From the NCBI GenBank assembly GCA_030679995.1, contig JAUXSK010000018.1:121492-185491 (forward strand): a DNA stretch of 64,000 bases, read 5' to 3'. The position numbers were made by a program, and so were the translations under genes. How positions within the stretch are numbered: the stretch's first letter is position 1; the number at the start of each line of letters is the position of its first letter. A model generated the notes under the pieces. The model saw nothing but the letters and a program-made list of their open reading frames with translations. It had not been told where the DNA came from and did not search any database. This document shows, piece by piece, positions 18,833 to 29,154 of this stretch. The DNA comes from Candidatus Moraniibacteriota bacterium (GTDB lineage: Bacteria > Patescibacteriota > Minisyncoccia > Moranbacterales > UBA2206).

Positions 18833-19625
18833 AAATATTTTCCAATACGGTTTCATAATACGGGGACTCGAGGCCGGCATCATTGTCGCCATAATCGCGC
18901 CGCTCATCGGGATTTTTTTGGTGCTGAGGCGTTATTCGCTGATCGCGGATACGCTGGCCCATGTCTCATTGGCGGGCATCGCGATCGGTTTGCTGTTGGG
19001 AATAAACCCCGTATTGACGGCCATCGGCACCGCTGTCGCCGCTTCTTTAGGCATCGAAAAACTGCGGACTTCCAAACGGCTTTTCGGCGAGTCGGCGCTG
19101 GCGCTTTTCCTTTCCGGAAGTCTGGCTCTCGCGGTCGTCATCCTGGGTCTGGCCAACGGTTTCAATGCCAGCCTGCTTAATTATCTGTTCGGAAGCATCG
19201 TAACCGTATCGGCAGCCGACGTGCGTATGATTTTTATCTTGGCGTTCGTGGTGGTCCTGGTTTTGGGAATTTTTTATAAACAATTGATCTATGTCACTTT
19301 CGATGAGGAAGCGGCCAGGATCAGTGGTATTCCGACGCGCCTAGTGAATTCCGTCCTGATCGTCCTGGCCGCTTTGACCGTGGCGCTGGCCATCCCGATC
19401 GTCGGAGTGCTTCTTATCTCGGCTCTCATCGTCATTCCGGTGGTGACGGCGCTTCAGTTCAGGAAGAGTTTCACCCGGACGATCATCTATGCCGAAGCCG
19501 TTTCGCTTTTTTCCGTCATCGCGGGAATCCTGGTCTCTTTCTATTTCAATCTCGCGACCGGCGGATCCATCGTCCTGGTTATGCTGGCGATTTTCGCCGG
19601 CGCGCTCATTGTCCGGCGGCGCTGA
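18825..19625 (+). CDS. znuB: Zinc ABC transporter permease
   Basis: DTLAHVSLAG, YLFGSI, TFDEEAA motifs. Confidence 0.92.
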   Translation: MFENIFQYGFIIRGLEAGIIVAIIAPLIGIFLVLRRYSLIADTLAHVSLAGIAIGLLLGINPVLTAIGTAVAASLGIEKLRTSKRLFGESALALFLSGSLALAVVILGLANGFNASLLNYLFGSIVTVSAADVRMIFILAFVVVLVLGIFYKQLIYVTFDEEAARISGIPTRLVNSVLIVLAALTVALAIPIVGVLLISALIVIPVVTALQFRKSFTRTIIYAEAVSLFSVIAGILVSFYFNLATGGSIVLVMLAIFAGALIVRRR

Positions 19626-19800
19626 AAAAGCCCGTGGTTTTGCACAGTCTTGAATTTTTCCGAAATTAAGATATCGGCGATGGACTGAAGAGCGGGTTGC
19701 CAGAGCCAAACATAGAACCTATGTCTCGCGACATTTTTTCTTTAACAATTTTAAAAATTAATCAATTTCCATATGACTCAAAATAAGAGGAGCTGCGGCA

Positions 19801-20172
19801 ATGAAAAATGAAGATGATTATCTGATATTGGATGAGCAGTTTGAACGATTGATGGGAAGCGAGCTATTCGTGCATTATGTGGGTATGTTTTCCCCGCCAA
19901 GGCCGGATATCACCAGATGTATCCTATTGTCCCAGAAGAAGTGCGTTTGTGACGCCCAGTCGCAGAAAGAACTTTTTATGGTGAGGATCGCTGAGTGGAA
20001 CGGGGTGATGTGGTCCATAGTCAGCGTGCGTGCCGAGTATACGGATGTTATAGAAGAGGTCGCGGATAATTGCGATGTCAAAATCATCAAGGGGATTCCG
20101 GTTATGATTGACGATGGCGATATCAGATGGATGTTCCCAGTCGGCAATGGTCGGATTTTCACATTCGTTTGA
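19801..20172 (+). CDS. Hypothetical protein
   Basis: 123 aa; SD GAGGAG; terminator hairpin at 20240-20277. Confidence 0.6.
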   Translation: MKNEDDYLILDEQFERLMGSELFVHYVGMFSPPRPDITRCILLSQKKCVCDAQSQKELFMVRIAEWNGVMWSIVSVRAEYTDVIEEVADNCDVKIIKGIPVMIDDGDIRWMFPVGNGRIFTFV

Positions 20173-20292
20173 TAGTCCATCGATTGTCATCTGGTACGGA
20201 TGCCGGCGTAAGATCGCCGGCCAGAGCCGATTTGTTCCGATCCGCCGGGCAGTAAACCTGTTCCGGCGGATTTTTTTGATGGTTTGCTAGCC

Positions 20293-20321
20293 TTGATTTT
20301 TTCGGGGCTGGCTGATATGCT
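20293..20321 (+). promoter_or_regulatory. Sigma70 promoter of glycan operon
   Basis: TTGATT-17-TATGCT with TG extension. Confidence 0.6.
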
Positions 20322-20347
20322 GGACATAGTCTGAAGTTTGAAAAAAT

Positions 20348-20490
20348 GTTTAAGAGGACTATGATCCGCGCATTGAGATGAAATTTAGAAAGAATTGATT
20401 GGTCGCTTGCGTTTGCGCGGGGAGTCGAATGGCGAAACCGGTTTAGACCGAAAAGTTGCAAGACTTTTCAGCTTGGCCGGTTTTTTATTT
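20348..20490 (+). ncRNA. c-di-GMP-II-like riboswitch copy 1 + terminator
   Basis: K-turn GAC-TAT-GA-TCC/GG-GGA-GTC; stem CCGCGCA/TGCGCGG; pseudoknot GGTCGCT/GGCGA-AA-CC; overlapping GCAA-capped terminator + T tract. Confidence 0.8.
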
Positions 20491-20523
20491 GCGGCAATTG
20501 GATTTTTCAATAAATGAAACCTG

Positions 20524-22101
20524 ATGTATATAAGATATCGAAAGGCGCAAACGGCCGGGAATGGTCCGCAAAACAGGACCGGTTTTGAGGAGGATAAAAA
20601 GAGGAAAAAACTGTTGAAAAAACCGATAAACTTCCGCGACTGCGCCTATTCCGGCGCCATCGGAAACGGCATCCGGTATGAAGGAAATTATTTCGTGACG
20701 CACAGCGATTTGCCCCATCGGCATAGTGCCATCCAGACTTGCCAGCCTTGCCAAAAAATATTCCTATTGCTGATAGCCGGCCTGGTTTTGGCGGGAGCCA
20801 TAATTGATATCAAAAGCGCATTGGTTGTTACGGTCGCCATCCTATCCGCTTTTTATTTTTTGGATCTGCTTTTTAATTTTTTCTTGATTATCAAAAGTTT
20901 TCAAAAATCGCGTGAGATAAAAATAACCGCTAGCGAGATAGGGGAGTTGGCTGGCGAAAAGCTTCCGGTATATACGATTTTCTGTCCGCTCTACAAGGAA
21001 TGGCAAGTCATTCCCCAGTTTACGCGGGCCATTTCCAAAATCGATTGGCCGAAAGACAAGCTGGATGTGCAACTTCTCTTGGAAGAGGATGATCCTCAGA
21101 CGATTGCGGAAGCGGAAAAGATGGGGTTGCCCGGTTATTTCCGGATTATCGTCGTGCCACACGGCCATCCGAAGACCAAACCTAAAGCTTGCAATTACGG
21201 ACTGCACCATGCCAAGGGGGAATATGCCGTCATTTTTGACGCGGAAGATATTCCTGATCCGGACCAGCTGAAAAAGGCTTATCTGTCCTTCCGGAAACTT
21301 AGGGGTGAAAAGGTTCTCTGTGTCCAAGCTAAGCTTAATTTCTACAATGCCCGCCAAAATATCCTGACGCGTTTTTTTTCTGCGGAATATGCCTTATGGT
21401 TCAATCTGGTGCTGGTCGGACTCCAATCGATCAAATCGCCGATCCCGCTGGGCGGGACTTCCAACCATTTCCGCACGCGCGATTTGCAATTGCTGAGCGG
21501 CTGGGATCCGTTCAATGTGACGGAGGATTGCGATTTGGGAATCCGGATCGCCAAATTGGGCTATCGCACCGAGATTTTCAATTCCAATACGATGGAAGAG
21601 GCGACCAGCAAAGTCGGTAACTGGATGCGCCAGCGTTCGCGCTGGATCAAAGGCTATATGCAGACCTATCTCGTGCATATGCGCCGGCCGAAGGAATTCG
21701 CGTCGGACCTTAGAAATCCGCAGGTCCTTACATTTCAGTTGGTAGTGGGCGGAAAAGTGCTTTCGATTTTCATCAATCCGTTGATGTGGCTGTTGGTCAT
21801 TTCCTATTTCTCTTTCCGCGCGACGATGGGTCCGATCATTGAGCCTTTGTATCCGAAGCCGGTTTTCTATATCTCTATCTTTTCTTTGATATTCGGGAAT
21901 TTCCTCTACGTCTATTATTATATGATCGGTTGCGCGAAACGGGAGCAGTGGGATTTGGTAAAATATGTCTTTCTGGTGCCGGTGTATTGGCTGATGATGA
22001 GCGTCGCTTCCTGGAAAGCGCTGTGGCAATTGATTTTCAAACCTCATTATTGGGAAAAGACGGTGCATGGTTTCCATTTGGCAATCAAAAAAAATGCTTA
22101 G
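20524..22101 (+). CDS. Processive GT2 glycosyltransferase (integral membrane)
   Basis: KPKACNYG, FDAED, TED and QRSRW motifs; N- and C-terminal TMs; exact start uncertain. Confidence 0.9.
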   Translation: MYIRYRKAQTAGNGPQNRTGFEEDKKRKKLLKKPINFRDCAYSGAIGNGIRYEGNYFVTHSDLPHRHSAIQTCQPCQKIFLLLIAGLVLAGAIIDIKSALVVTVAILSAFYFLDLLFNFFLIIKSFQKSREIKITASEIGELAGEKLPVYTIFCPLYKEWQVIPQFTRAISKIDWPKDKLDVQLLLEEDDPQTIAEAEKMGLPGYFRIIVVPHGHPKTKPKACNYGLHHAKGEYAVIFDAEDIPDPDQLKKAYLSFRKLRGEKVLCVQAKLNFYNARQNILTRFFSAEYALWFNLVLVGLQSIKSPIPLGGTSNHFRTRDLQLLSGWDPFNVTEDCDLGIRIAKLGYRTEIFNSNTMEEATSKVGNWMRQRSRWIKGYMQTYLVHMRRPKEFASDLRNPQVLTFQLVVGGKVLSIFINPLMWLLVISYFSFRATMGPIIEPLYPKPVFYISIFSLIFGNFLYVYYYMIGCAKREQWDLVKYVFLVPVYWLMMSVASWKALWQLIFKPHYWEKTVHGFHLAIKKNA

Positions 22102-23380
22102 AAAAACAAGTACAATCAAATCATTATTCACGGATGAATTCGCCAGAAGCAGTTCAATCTTCTTTTTCAGTTCCGTTGCTGCCGCTTTTTTGAATTATCT
22201 GTACCATCCTATTTTGGGACGGTTGATGGATGTGGCGGATTTCGGCGAAGCGCAGGCGGCTATCTCGCTGTTTTTGCAATTCGGCGTTTTGGCGTCCGTC
22301 TTTTCTTTTTTCACTATCAGTCTGACTTCCAATGCTGAGGCTGGGAAATCCAGGGAAGCGTCTTTCGTTATCGCTGAGTTCCGGAAATTTGCCGTGCTGG
22401 CAATTCTGGCATTGGCTGTCGGCCTGGTTTTATTTCATCAATCAGTCAAAGAGTTTTTGAATTTTTCTTCTATCTATCCGTTACTGATCCTGATGCTGCT
22501 GCTATTGGCCAATGTGTTGTTTTCTTTCCGCCGGGCCTATCTGCAGGGAGTGCGGAAAATCAAAAGCGTGTCCGCGGCGGATTTGATTTTTTCCGCGTCC
22601 CGCTTGTTTTTCGCGGTCGCTTTCGTGTATGCCGGCTGGCGTTCGTCCGGAGCGGTCGCCGGTCTTCTAGTCGGACAACTTATCGCCTTGGCGTATGTTT
22701 TTTCCAAAACCAAAGATGTCCTGGCTTCGGAAAACTGGAGCCTGCTGCCTCGCTGGCGGAATCCTGCGTTCAGGAGGGAATTCAAATTCGGCTTGTTGGT
22801 ATTGGTATCGGTTTTTTGCGTGACATTTTTTTATGCGAGCGATATCATTTTTGTGCGGCACTACTTTCCGGCGGAGGAAGCTGGTTTATACGGCGGCATA
22901 GCGACGGTGGCCAGGATAATTTTTTTCGCTACCAGCCCGATAGTTATGGTGATGCTACCGATGGTCAAGTTGAAAAATATCCCGGAAAAAAACGAGGCGC
23001 TTTTCCGGAAAGCGTTCATAACGGTGGCCGTGCTCGGACTGGCCATAACGCTGGTCTTGCAAATTTTTCCAGCGCTCGTCATCAAGATTTTGATCGGCGG
23101 ACGTTATGCCGTTTTCGCGCCGATCTTGCCGCGGTTGGGCTGGATGCTTTTTGCCGCTTCGTTGGCCAATCTGCTTTCCGCCTATTTCATCGCACTTAGG
23201 AAATATGCGCTGATCCCGATATCCCTCGCGTCCGTTTTTCTCACCGCAGTCCTGGCATTTTTTTTCCATAGCGATCCGCTTCAGATAATAAACGGTTTCA
23301 TCTGCGGACTGGTTCTCATAATTTTTTTATCATCCATAATATATGCGCAAAAAGATTTCTATCGTAATACCGGTCTATAA
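22094..23380 (+). CDS. Wzx-like polysaccharide flippase (MOP/MATE superfamily)
   Basis: About 12 TM; DIIFVRHYF..EEAGLYG motif; ATG 22094 overlaps the end of the previous gene. Confidence 0.85.
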   Translation: MLRKTSTIKSLFTDEFARSSSIFFFSSVAAAFLNYLYHPILGRLMDVADFGEAQAAISLFLQFGVLASVFSFFTISLTSNAEAGKSREASFVIAEFRKFAVLAILALAVGLVLFHQSVKEFLNFSSIYPLLILMLLLLANVLFSFRRAYLQGVRKIKSVSAADLIFSASRLFFAVAFVYAGWRSSGAVAGLLVGQLIALAYVFSKTKDVLASENWSLLPRWRNPAFRREFKFGLLVLVSVFCVTFFYASDIIFVRHYFPAEEAGLYGGIATVARIIFFATSPIVMVMLPMVKLKNIPEKNEALFRKAFITVAVLGLAITLVLQIFPALVIKILIGGRYAVFAPILPRLGWMLFAASLANLLSAYFIALRKYALIPISLASVFLTAVLAFFFHSDPLQIINGFICGLVLIIFLSSIIYAQKDFYRNTGL

Positions 23381-24281
23381 TGAAGAAGAAAATATCCGGC
23401 CGGTCTATGCCAGGATGAAAGAAACCATCCGGGCCATCCCTGACTACGAGTTCGAAGTCATTTTTGTCAATGACGGCAGTTCGGACGGGACTTGGGCGGA
23501 AATATCCGGGCTGGCTGAAAGTGAAAATGGGATCAAGGCTTTGAATTTCAGCCGCAACTTCGGACACCAGGCCGCGATCGAAGCCGGACTGGCCAATGCC
23601 GGAGGGGAGGCGGCGATAACTATGGACGGGGATATGCAACATCCGCCGGAAATTATTCCTGAATTGATCAGCAAATGGGAACAAGGTTTTGAAATCGTGA
23701 ACACCAAGCGGGAAGAAACCGAAGGCATCTCTTTTTTCAAAAAGATCGCTTCCGGCATTTTCTATCGTTTGATAAACAGCATTTCCGAAGTGCATATCGA
23801 AAGCGGCTCGGCCGATTTCAGATTGGTCGGCCGGCGGGCGATGGATGAATTGAACAGATTGACGGAAAAAAACAAATTCTACCGGGGATTGATCAGTTGG
23901 ATCGGATTTGAAAGCGCTACCGTGAAATACAAGGCGGAAAAAAGACTGGGCGGAAAATCCTCTTATACTTTCAACAAGATGCTGTCGTTGGCCAGGGTCG
24001 GCATAACTTCTTTCAGTATGTTGCCGATGAAAGTGATTCTCCTGTTCGGCGCGCTGCTTTTTTTCGGCGGATTTTTGCTGACGGCCGGGATGGTCTTTTG
24101 GCGGTATTGCATCGGGTCGGCGCTGTTCAGCGGGACGGGGATATTAGCGGCTTTCATCATAATGAATAATGGGTTGTTTATGGTGATGCTTGGAATCGTT
24201 TCGATGTATCAGATCAATATGTGCAAAGAATTGCAGAATCGGCCGAATTATATCATTACTGAAAAAATAAATCTCAGCTGA
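23343..24281 (+). CDS. GT2 polyprenol-phosphate glycosyltransferase (GtrB/ArnC-like)
   Basis: IPVYNEEEN, VNDGSSD, SRNFGHQ, MDGDMQHPP, ADFRL; two C-terminal TMs. Confidence 0.9.
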   Translation: MRKKISIVIPVYNEEENIRPVYARMKETIRAIPDYEFEVIFVNDGSSDGTWAEISGLAESENGIKALNFSRNFGHQAAIEAGLANAGGEAAITMDGDMQHPPEIIPELISKWEQGFEIVNTKREETEGISFFKKIASGIFYRLINSISEVHIESGSADFRLVGRRAMDELNRLTEKNKFYRGLISWIGFESATVKYKAEKRLGGKSSYTFNKMLSLARVGITSFSMLPMKVILLFGALLFFGGFLLTAGMVFWRYCIGSALFSGTGILAAFIIMNNGLFMVMLGIVSMYQINMCKELQNRPNYIITEKINLS

Positions 24282-24305
24282 CTATTAATCATTAAGATCA
24301 GTATT

Positions 24306-25124
24306 ATGGATGAAAAAAATCCGAAAGTTTCCGTCCTGATGTCCGCCTATAATGAAGAGCGGTATGTCGGCGCCGCCATCGAAAGCATCCTGGACCAAAC
24401 CTACCATGATTTTGAATTGATCATCATCGATGACCGCAGTCAGGACGCGACCTGGGAATTGATCTCCGGGTATGCCGGACGCGATCCGCGGGTGAGGGCG
24501 TCCAGGAATGAAAAGAATCTGGGAATTTCCGGCGCGCTCAACAGAGGGCTCGTGCTGGCCCGCGGGGAATATGTCGTCAAGATGGACGCGGACGACTGGT
24601 CCTATCCGGACCGGCTGGAAAAGCAAGTCGGGTTTATGGAAAAAAATCCCCAAGTCGCCATCAGCGGCGGCACGATGGAAGTTTGCGATGAGAATCTGGC
24701 GGTCCTGAACAAACGGGCCTATAATCTGACCGACCGGGAGATACGCCGGAAAATTTTCCGGTACAATCCGTTCTGCCATCCGGCCGTGATCTACCGGACG
24801 GACATCGCCAAGGATGTCGGCGGCTATTGCCTGATCGATTCGGCCGGCGATTATGAATTATATTTCAAACTCGGATTGCACGGGGAGTTCGCCAACTTGC
24901 CGGACACCCTTTTGAAATACCGGGTCAATCGCGGCTCCATTTCCGTTTATAAGGCGAGAAGCCAGGAATGCGACACATTATATGTGCGGCTCAAGGCGGT
25001 TTTTGAATACGGCTACAAGATGCGCCCGGTCGATAAATTATATTTCGCCTGCCAGTTTTTGAGTATGTATCTCATCCCACAACGGATCAAAGCCTGGATA
25101 TTTAACCGATTAAGAAGCAGTTAA
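24306..25124 (+). CDS. GT2 family glycosyltransferase (soluble)
   Basis: SVLMSAYN, IIDDRSQD, MDADD, HPAV motifs. Confidence 0.9.
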   Translation: MDEKNPKVSVLMSAYNEERYVGAAIESILDQTYHDFELIIIDDRSQDATWELISGYAGRDPRVRASRNEKNLGISGALNRGLVLARGEYVVKMDADDWSYPDRLEKQVGFMEKNPQVAISGGTMEVCDENLAVLNKRAYNLTDREIRRKIFRYNPFCHPAVIYRTDIAKDVGGYCLIDSAGDYELYFKLGLHGEFANLPDTLLKYRVNRGSISVYKARSQECDTLYVRLKAVFEYGYKMRPVDKLYFACQFLSMYLIPQRIKAWIFNRLRSS

Positions 25125-25129
25125 CCATT

Positions 25130-26806
25130 ATGGCCCGATTTTTTAAAAAAATCAGCGCGTCATTCCGCGAAAACATACTGCCGGTCACTTTGATCCTGGC
25201 GGCTTCTTTCAGTCTGGCGAGTTTCCTTTTTTTCTATTTGGACGGACAACAAAATACCACCTATTTCGACGCGCAATCCCATCTGAATATGTCCCGTAAA
25301 ATCGTGGACAATCTGAATCCCGGTCTGGGCCAACTCGGCGGTTTGTGGCTGCCGCTTTTGCACTTGCTGATGGTGCCGTTCATCTGGAGCGATTTTATGT
25401 GGCGTTCCGGCTGGGCAGGGGCTTGCGTTTCAATGCCGGCTTTCGTCCTGTCGGTCTATTTCGTTTTCAAGACCGTCGAGTTTCTTTTCCGCGATCGGAC
25501 GGCGGCTTTTCTCGGAGCTTTGGTATATATGGCCAGTATGAATATGCTTTTGCTCCAGAGTATGGCGATGATGGAGCCGCTATTTAATCTGACGATCATC
25601 GGCAGTATCTACTATCTTTCCCGTTGGGCCCGGACGGATAATTTAGCGGATCTGTCCATCGGGGCTTTCTTCGTTTTTTTGAGCACACTGACCCGCTATG
25701 AAGGCTATGCGGTTCTGGCGGCATCCGCCGCCGCCGTGCTCATCGTCACTTTCATAAAAAATTTCAACGCACGCCACTGGTATCGGATCGTGGAAGGCAA
25801 ATTCCTGATCTTTATGACACTGGCGTCTTTTGGCGTCTTACTGTGGCTGGCCTACTCGTTGGTGATTTTCGGCGATCCGTTGCATTGGACTCATCCTAAT
25901 ACTCGGGATGTGTCGGCGGTTATTGAAACCGTTCAAGATGGAAATCCGGCCGGACTTTTGCGCGGGGATCCCACGGACTATTACCGCCACGATTTATCCA
26001 GGGCGCTTCTGACATTCTGGTGGACCGCGGCCATCGGTAATGGTCTGATAGTTTTTTTAGCGGGCATAATAGGCTTCCTATCACTCCTGTGGTTTTGCGT
26101 GAAAAATAGCCGCTATGCCTATCTGTTCATTCCGGCCGTGCTGATTTCTGTCGCATTCCCGCTGTTCATCATAGCGCTGATGTATTTTGGACAGGTTTCG
26201 CTCTTGCCACCATTCCTCGGTTTCACCGGTATCTTCGACAAGGGGAATAATCTGGCCGACGAAGCCGGCATCCGTTACACTCTCGCGATGCTGCCTTTCG
26301 TCGCGATTTTTATGGGCTGGCTGGCCGCGGGCGGAGCCTATCGGAAAATCACCATCCTCCTGCTCATCGTTTTCCAAACAGGCTCCTTTTTTTTCGGTCC
26401 GCTGTTTCTGACCTATGATCTTTCCTTGAAATGGAAAGGCGTGTATGGACAGGAAAACCGTTCGGTGGAATGGTTCAAGAAAAATTATTCCGGCGGCCTC
26501 ATCCTGGAGAGCGCGTTGTCCCACGAGGCGGAGATGTTCCAGAACGGATTGGCATACAAGAACTATATCCACGAAGGGACGGGCCACTATTGGGAGGAAT
26601 CTTTGAAAAACCCGGTGCGCTACGCGACTTGGATAATTATGAACAAGAGCGCCAAGACCGACACGTCCGGCATTTGGGGGCAAGATATCTTGACCGACAA
26701 ATTCCGCGACTCGAAGATCTTGCGGAACAATTTCAATCTGGTTTATGACGACGGCAAAATCCTGATTTACAAAATAAAGTCCGGCAAGGATTTGCTCCGT
26801 TCTTGA
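25130..26806 (+). CDS. GT-C-fold membrane glycosyltransferase (PMT/ArnT-like)
   Basis: About 11-13 TM; DAQSHL, WLPLLH, MMEPLF, TRYEG motifs; glycan-operon context. Confidence 0.7.
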   Translation: MARFFKKISASFRENILPVTLILAASFSLASFLFFYLDGQQNTTYFDAQSHLNMSRKIVDNLNPGLGQLGGLWLPLLHLLMVPFIWSDFMWRSGWAGACVSMPAFVLSVYFVFKTVEFLFRDRTAAFLGALVYMASMNMLLLQSMAMMEPLFNLTIIGSIYYLSRWARTDNLADLSIGAFFVFLSTLTRYEGYAVLAASAAAVLIVTFIKNFNARHWYRIVEGKFLIFMTLASFGVLLWLAYSLVIFGDPLHWTHPNTRDVSAVIETVQDGNPAGLLRGDPTDYYRHDLSRALLTFWWTAAIGNGLIVFLAGIIGFLSLLWFCVKNSRYAYLFIPAVLISVAFPLFIIALMYFGQVSLLPPFLGFTGIFDKGNNLADEAGIRYTLAMLPFVAIFMGWLAAGGAYRKITILLLIVFQTGSFFFGPLFLTYDLSLKWKGVYGQENRSVEWFKKNYSGGLILESALSHEAEMFQNGLAYKNYIHEGTGHYWEESLKNPVRYATWIIMNKSAKTDTSGIWGQDILTDKFRDSKILRNNFNLVYDDGKILIYKIKSGKDLLRS

Positions 26807-26831
26807 TTATCCTAAGGATATCTGTTATGCT
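26803..26831 (+). promoter_or_regulatory. Sigma70 promoter of GH81/glucan operon
   Basis: TTGATT-17-TATGCT with TG extension; same hexamers as the promoter at 20293. Confidence 0.6.
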
Positions 26832-26863
26832 GTGGATAGTTGAATATTGATAGAACGCCATAC

Positions 26864-27009
26864 TTTGAAAGGCTATGATCCGTGCATTGAGATGAAATTT
26901 TGAGAGAGTTGATTGGTTGCTTACGTTTGCACGAGGAGTCGAATGGCAAAACCGGTTTGAACCAAAAAGTTGTGAGACTTTTTGGTTTAAGTCGGTTTTT
27001 ATTTTTTTT
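26864..27009 (+). ncRNA. c-di-GMP-II-like riboswitch copy 2 + terminator
   Basis: GGC-TAT-GA-TCC...GGA-GTC K-turn; CGTGCA/TGCACG (compensatory change); pseudoknot GGTTGCT/GGCAA-AA-CC (compensatory change); GTGA-capped terminator. Confidence 0.8.
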
Positions 27010-27057
27010 CTTTTTTTAGTCAGCTTCACCTAACTTTTTAATGGAATATTTTTTTCC

Positions 27058-29145
27058 ATGGTTTTTAATTATAAAATATTTATTATAGCTTTTGTTTTGA
27101 TCCTCTTTTTTATAGGGGGATTCAATATTTATTTTTCAAGAAAAAATATTGTAAAAAACAATCAAGTATCTGTCGAGCAATCAGATATATATCAAAAAAT
27201 AATAAATGAAGATATAAATAAATTAGAGCAAAAAACTGCCTTGACGGGCAAGATATATGTCGATGATCCTAATATCCCAGCGCCCACCAACCAGTGGTTC
27301 AGCTCAGTGATATTTGAAAAGACATCGCAACCTATATTCGCTTATCCGATGGCTGTGAAAATGAATAATGATGGGTTTGGGTTTTCCTATCCATCGGTTG
27401 TTTCAACGCAAGATACTGTTTTCGCTTCGTATAAATCTGATTTGAAAGTAGTTTTTCAAAAAAATGAGCTTGTTTCTAGTGTTTCATCTTTTGATGATAT
27501 GTCAGTCGGTGTTTTGCAAAAAAACGGAGAAAATACCATTTCAAAACTTAAAATTACGCACGGATCTCCTTTCGTATATATTTCGGTGTTGCCAGGCGAG
27601 TCTTTTAATATCCAATCAGAAGAGTTGATTTTAATGGATAAAAGTGCGGATTATTTTGTGTTTGCGTCTGGTGGAAAATTTTTCGCATTTTTCCCATCTT
27701 TAAATGAAATGTCTGTGAAAAAAAATGATGATCACTCGATTACCGTTTCCAATGTCCGCAAAGAAGCTCTTATTTCAATCGCTGTTTTGCCAAATCTTGA
27801 ATGTCTGGATATTTTCAGCCAGTATGCATTGGATCCGATAATTGGCACAAACGTTGATTTTAATGTGACGGATAATCGGATCAGCACTAAATACGAAATT
27901 GTTACGAAGAGCGGAGGAAAAACACTTTTTGCTTTGTTGCCAAACAGTTACGATTCTTTTGAACAACAGTTGAAAAATCAGAATCCAATTGGGGAGTATG
28001 ACACACTCAGGGGTAAACAGTTATTGTACCAGGGAAGGATCTTTGATTTTTCAGAGGAAGCTGGGCCTATTCCACGACAACTGGAAGTGTCATTTTTATC
28101 GCATTCTGACAAGGAAAATTTACGTAATTTTATTAAGACAGATGCAGATAGGTTAACAGTCACTGAGAATGATACCTATTTTGTTGGAAAAAAACTTTTT
28201 GCTATGGCGAATGTCTTGGATATAGCGGAGCAGCTTGGTATGGAAAGAGAATCGGATATTTTGAAAATAAAATTAAAAACTGAGTTAGAAACATGGAAAA
28301 ATAATACGCTGGCTGGCGGACAGCAGAAAAAATATTTTTACTATGATCCGATAATCAAAGGAATCGTGGGGGAGACGGCTAGTTTCGGCAGTGAGTTATT
28401 TAATGATCATAATTTTCATTACGGATATTTTATCTATGCGGCAAGCATACTCTCGCGCTATGACAATAAATATCTGTCGGATAACCAAACTTTTATCAAT
28501 CTGCTGGTGAAGGATATCGCCAATAATGACCGCGATGACAAAACATTTCCGTATCTGAGGGGTTTTGATGCTTATGAGGGACATAGTTGGGCTTCAGGCT
28601 TTGGGATGTTTGCTGACGGCAATAATCAGGAATCAAGTTCCGAGGCAGTCAACGCATGGTACGCATTGTATTTGTGGAGCGATATTATCGGAAATAAAAA
28701 TCTCAAGGAGACGGCGGAATATTTATATTTTAAGGAATCATCAAGCGCATTGGATTATTGGCTCAATATTGATAAGGGGGATTTGCGTTTTGAAAATTTC
28801 CAACATTCCATGGTAGCGCTTGTTTGGGGTGGAAAATTGGATTTTGCGACTTGGTTCAGTCCGCATCCAGAGGCTATGCTGGGAATCCAATTGATTCCGT
28901 TCAGTCCCGCTAGCGGTTATTTGGGGCGTGATGCGGGGCGTGTCCAGGAAAATTTGTCGTCAGAAAACGCTTTTCAGAGTCCCGCACTATTCAAGGATTA
29001 TCTGGCGATGTACCGGGCGTTTTATGATGTTACCGGAGCAAGGCAAATGATAGATAAATTGAAGCCAACAGACATCGATAGCGCGAATTCAAGGAGTTTT
29101 ATGGAGGCTTGGTTGCTTGTTCTCGAAAATAAGGAAAATCATTAA
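27058..29145 (+). CDS. GH81 endo-beta-1,3-glucanase, membrane anchored
   Basis: PTNQWFS, FNDHNFHYGYFIYAA, GHSWASG, NQESSSEA, GIQLIPF motifs of GH81; N-terminal TM. Confidence 0.88.
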   Translation: MVFNYKIFIIAFVLILFFIGGFNIYFSRKNIVKNNQVSVEQSDIYQKIINEDINKLEQKTALTGKIYVDDPNIPAPTNQWFSSVIFEKTSQPIFAYPMAVKMNNDGFGFSYPSVVSTQDTVFASYKSDLKVVFQKNELVSSVSSFDDMSVGVLQKNGENTISKLKITHGSPFVYISVLPGESFNIQSEELILMDKSADYFVFASGGKFFAFFPSLNEMSVKKNDDHSITVSNVRKEALISIAVLPNLECLDIFSQYALDPIIGTNVDFNVTDNRISTKYEIVTKSGGKTLFALLPNSYDSFEQQLKNQNPIGEYDTLRGKQLLYQGRIFDFSEEAGPIPRQLEVSFLSHSDKENLRNFIKTDADRLTVTENDTYFVGKKLFAMANVLDIAEQLGMERESDILKIKLKTELETWKNNTLAGGQQKKYFYYDPIIKGIVGETASFGSELFNDHNFHYGYFIYAASILSRYDNKYLSDNQTFINLLVKDIANNDRDDKTFPYLRGFDAYEGHSWASGFGMFADGNNQESSSEAVNAWYALYLWSDIIGNKNLKETAEYLYFKESSSALDYWLNIDKGDLRFENFQHSMVALVWGGKLDFATWFSPHPEAMLGIQLIPFSPASGYLGRDAGRVQENLSSENAFQSPALFKDYLAMYRAFYDVTGARQMIDKLKPTDIDSANSRSFMEAWLLVLENKENH

Positions 29146-29154
29146 TAACATAAT

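Noticed and set aside
19676-19720. GGCGATGG resembling the start of a fluoride riboswitch
   Set aside because: Lacks the following GTTCGCC pairing and the downstream conserved elements; no fluoride-related gene nearby.
20159-20461. Homologous minus-strand ORFs at 20159-20461 and 26733-27029
   Set aside because: Their similarity is just the antisense translation of the riboswitch copies.
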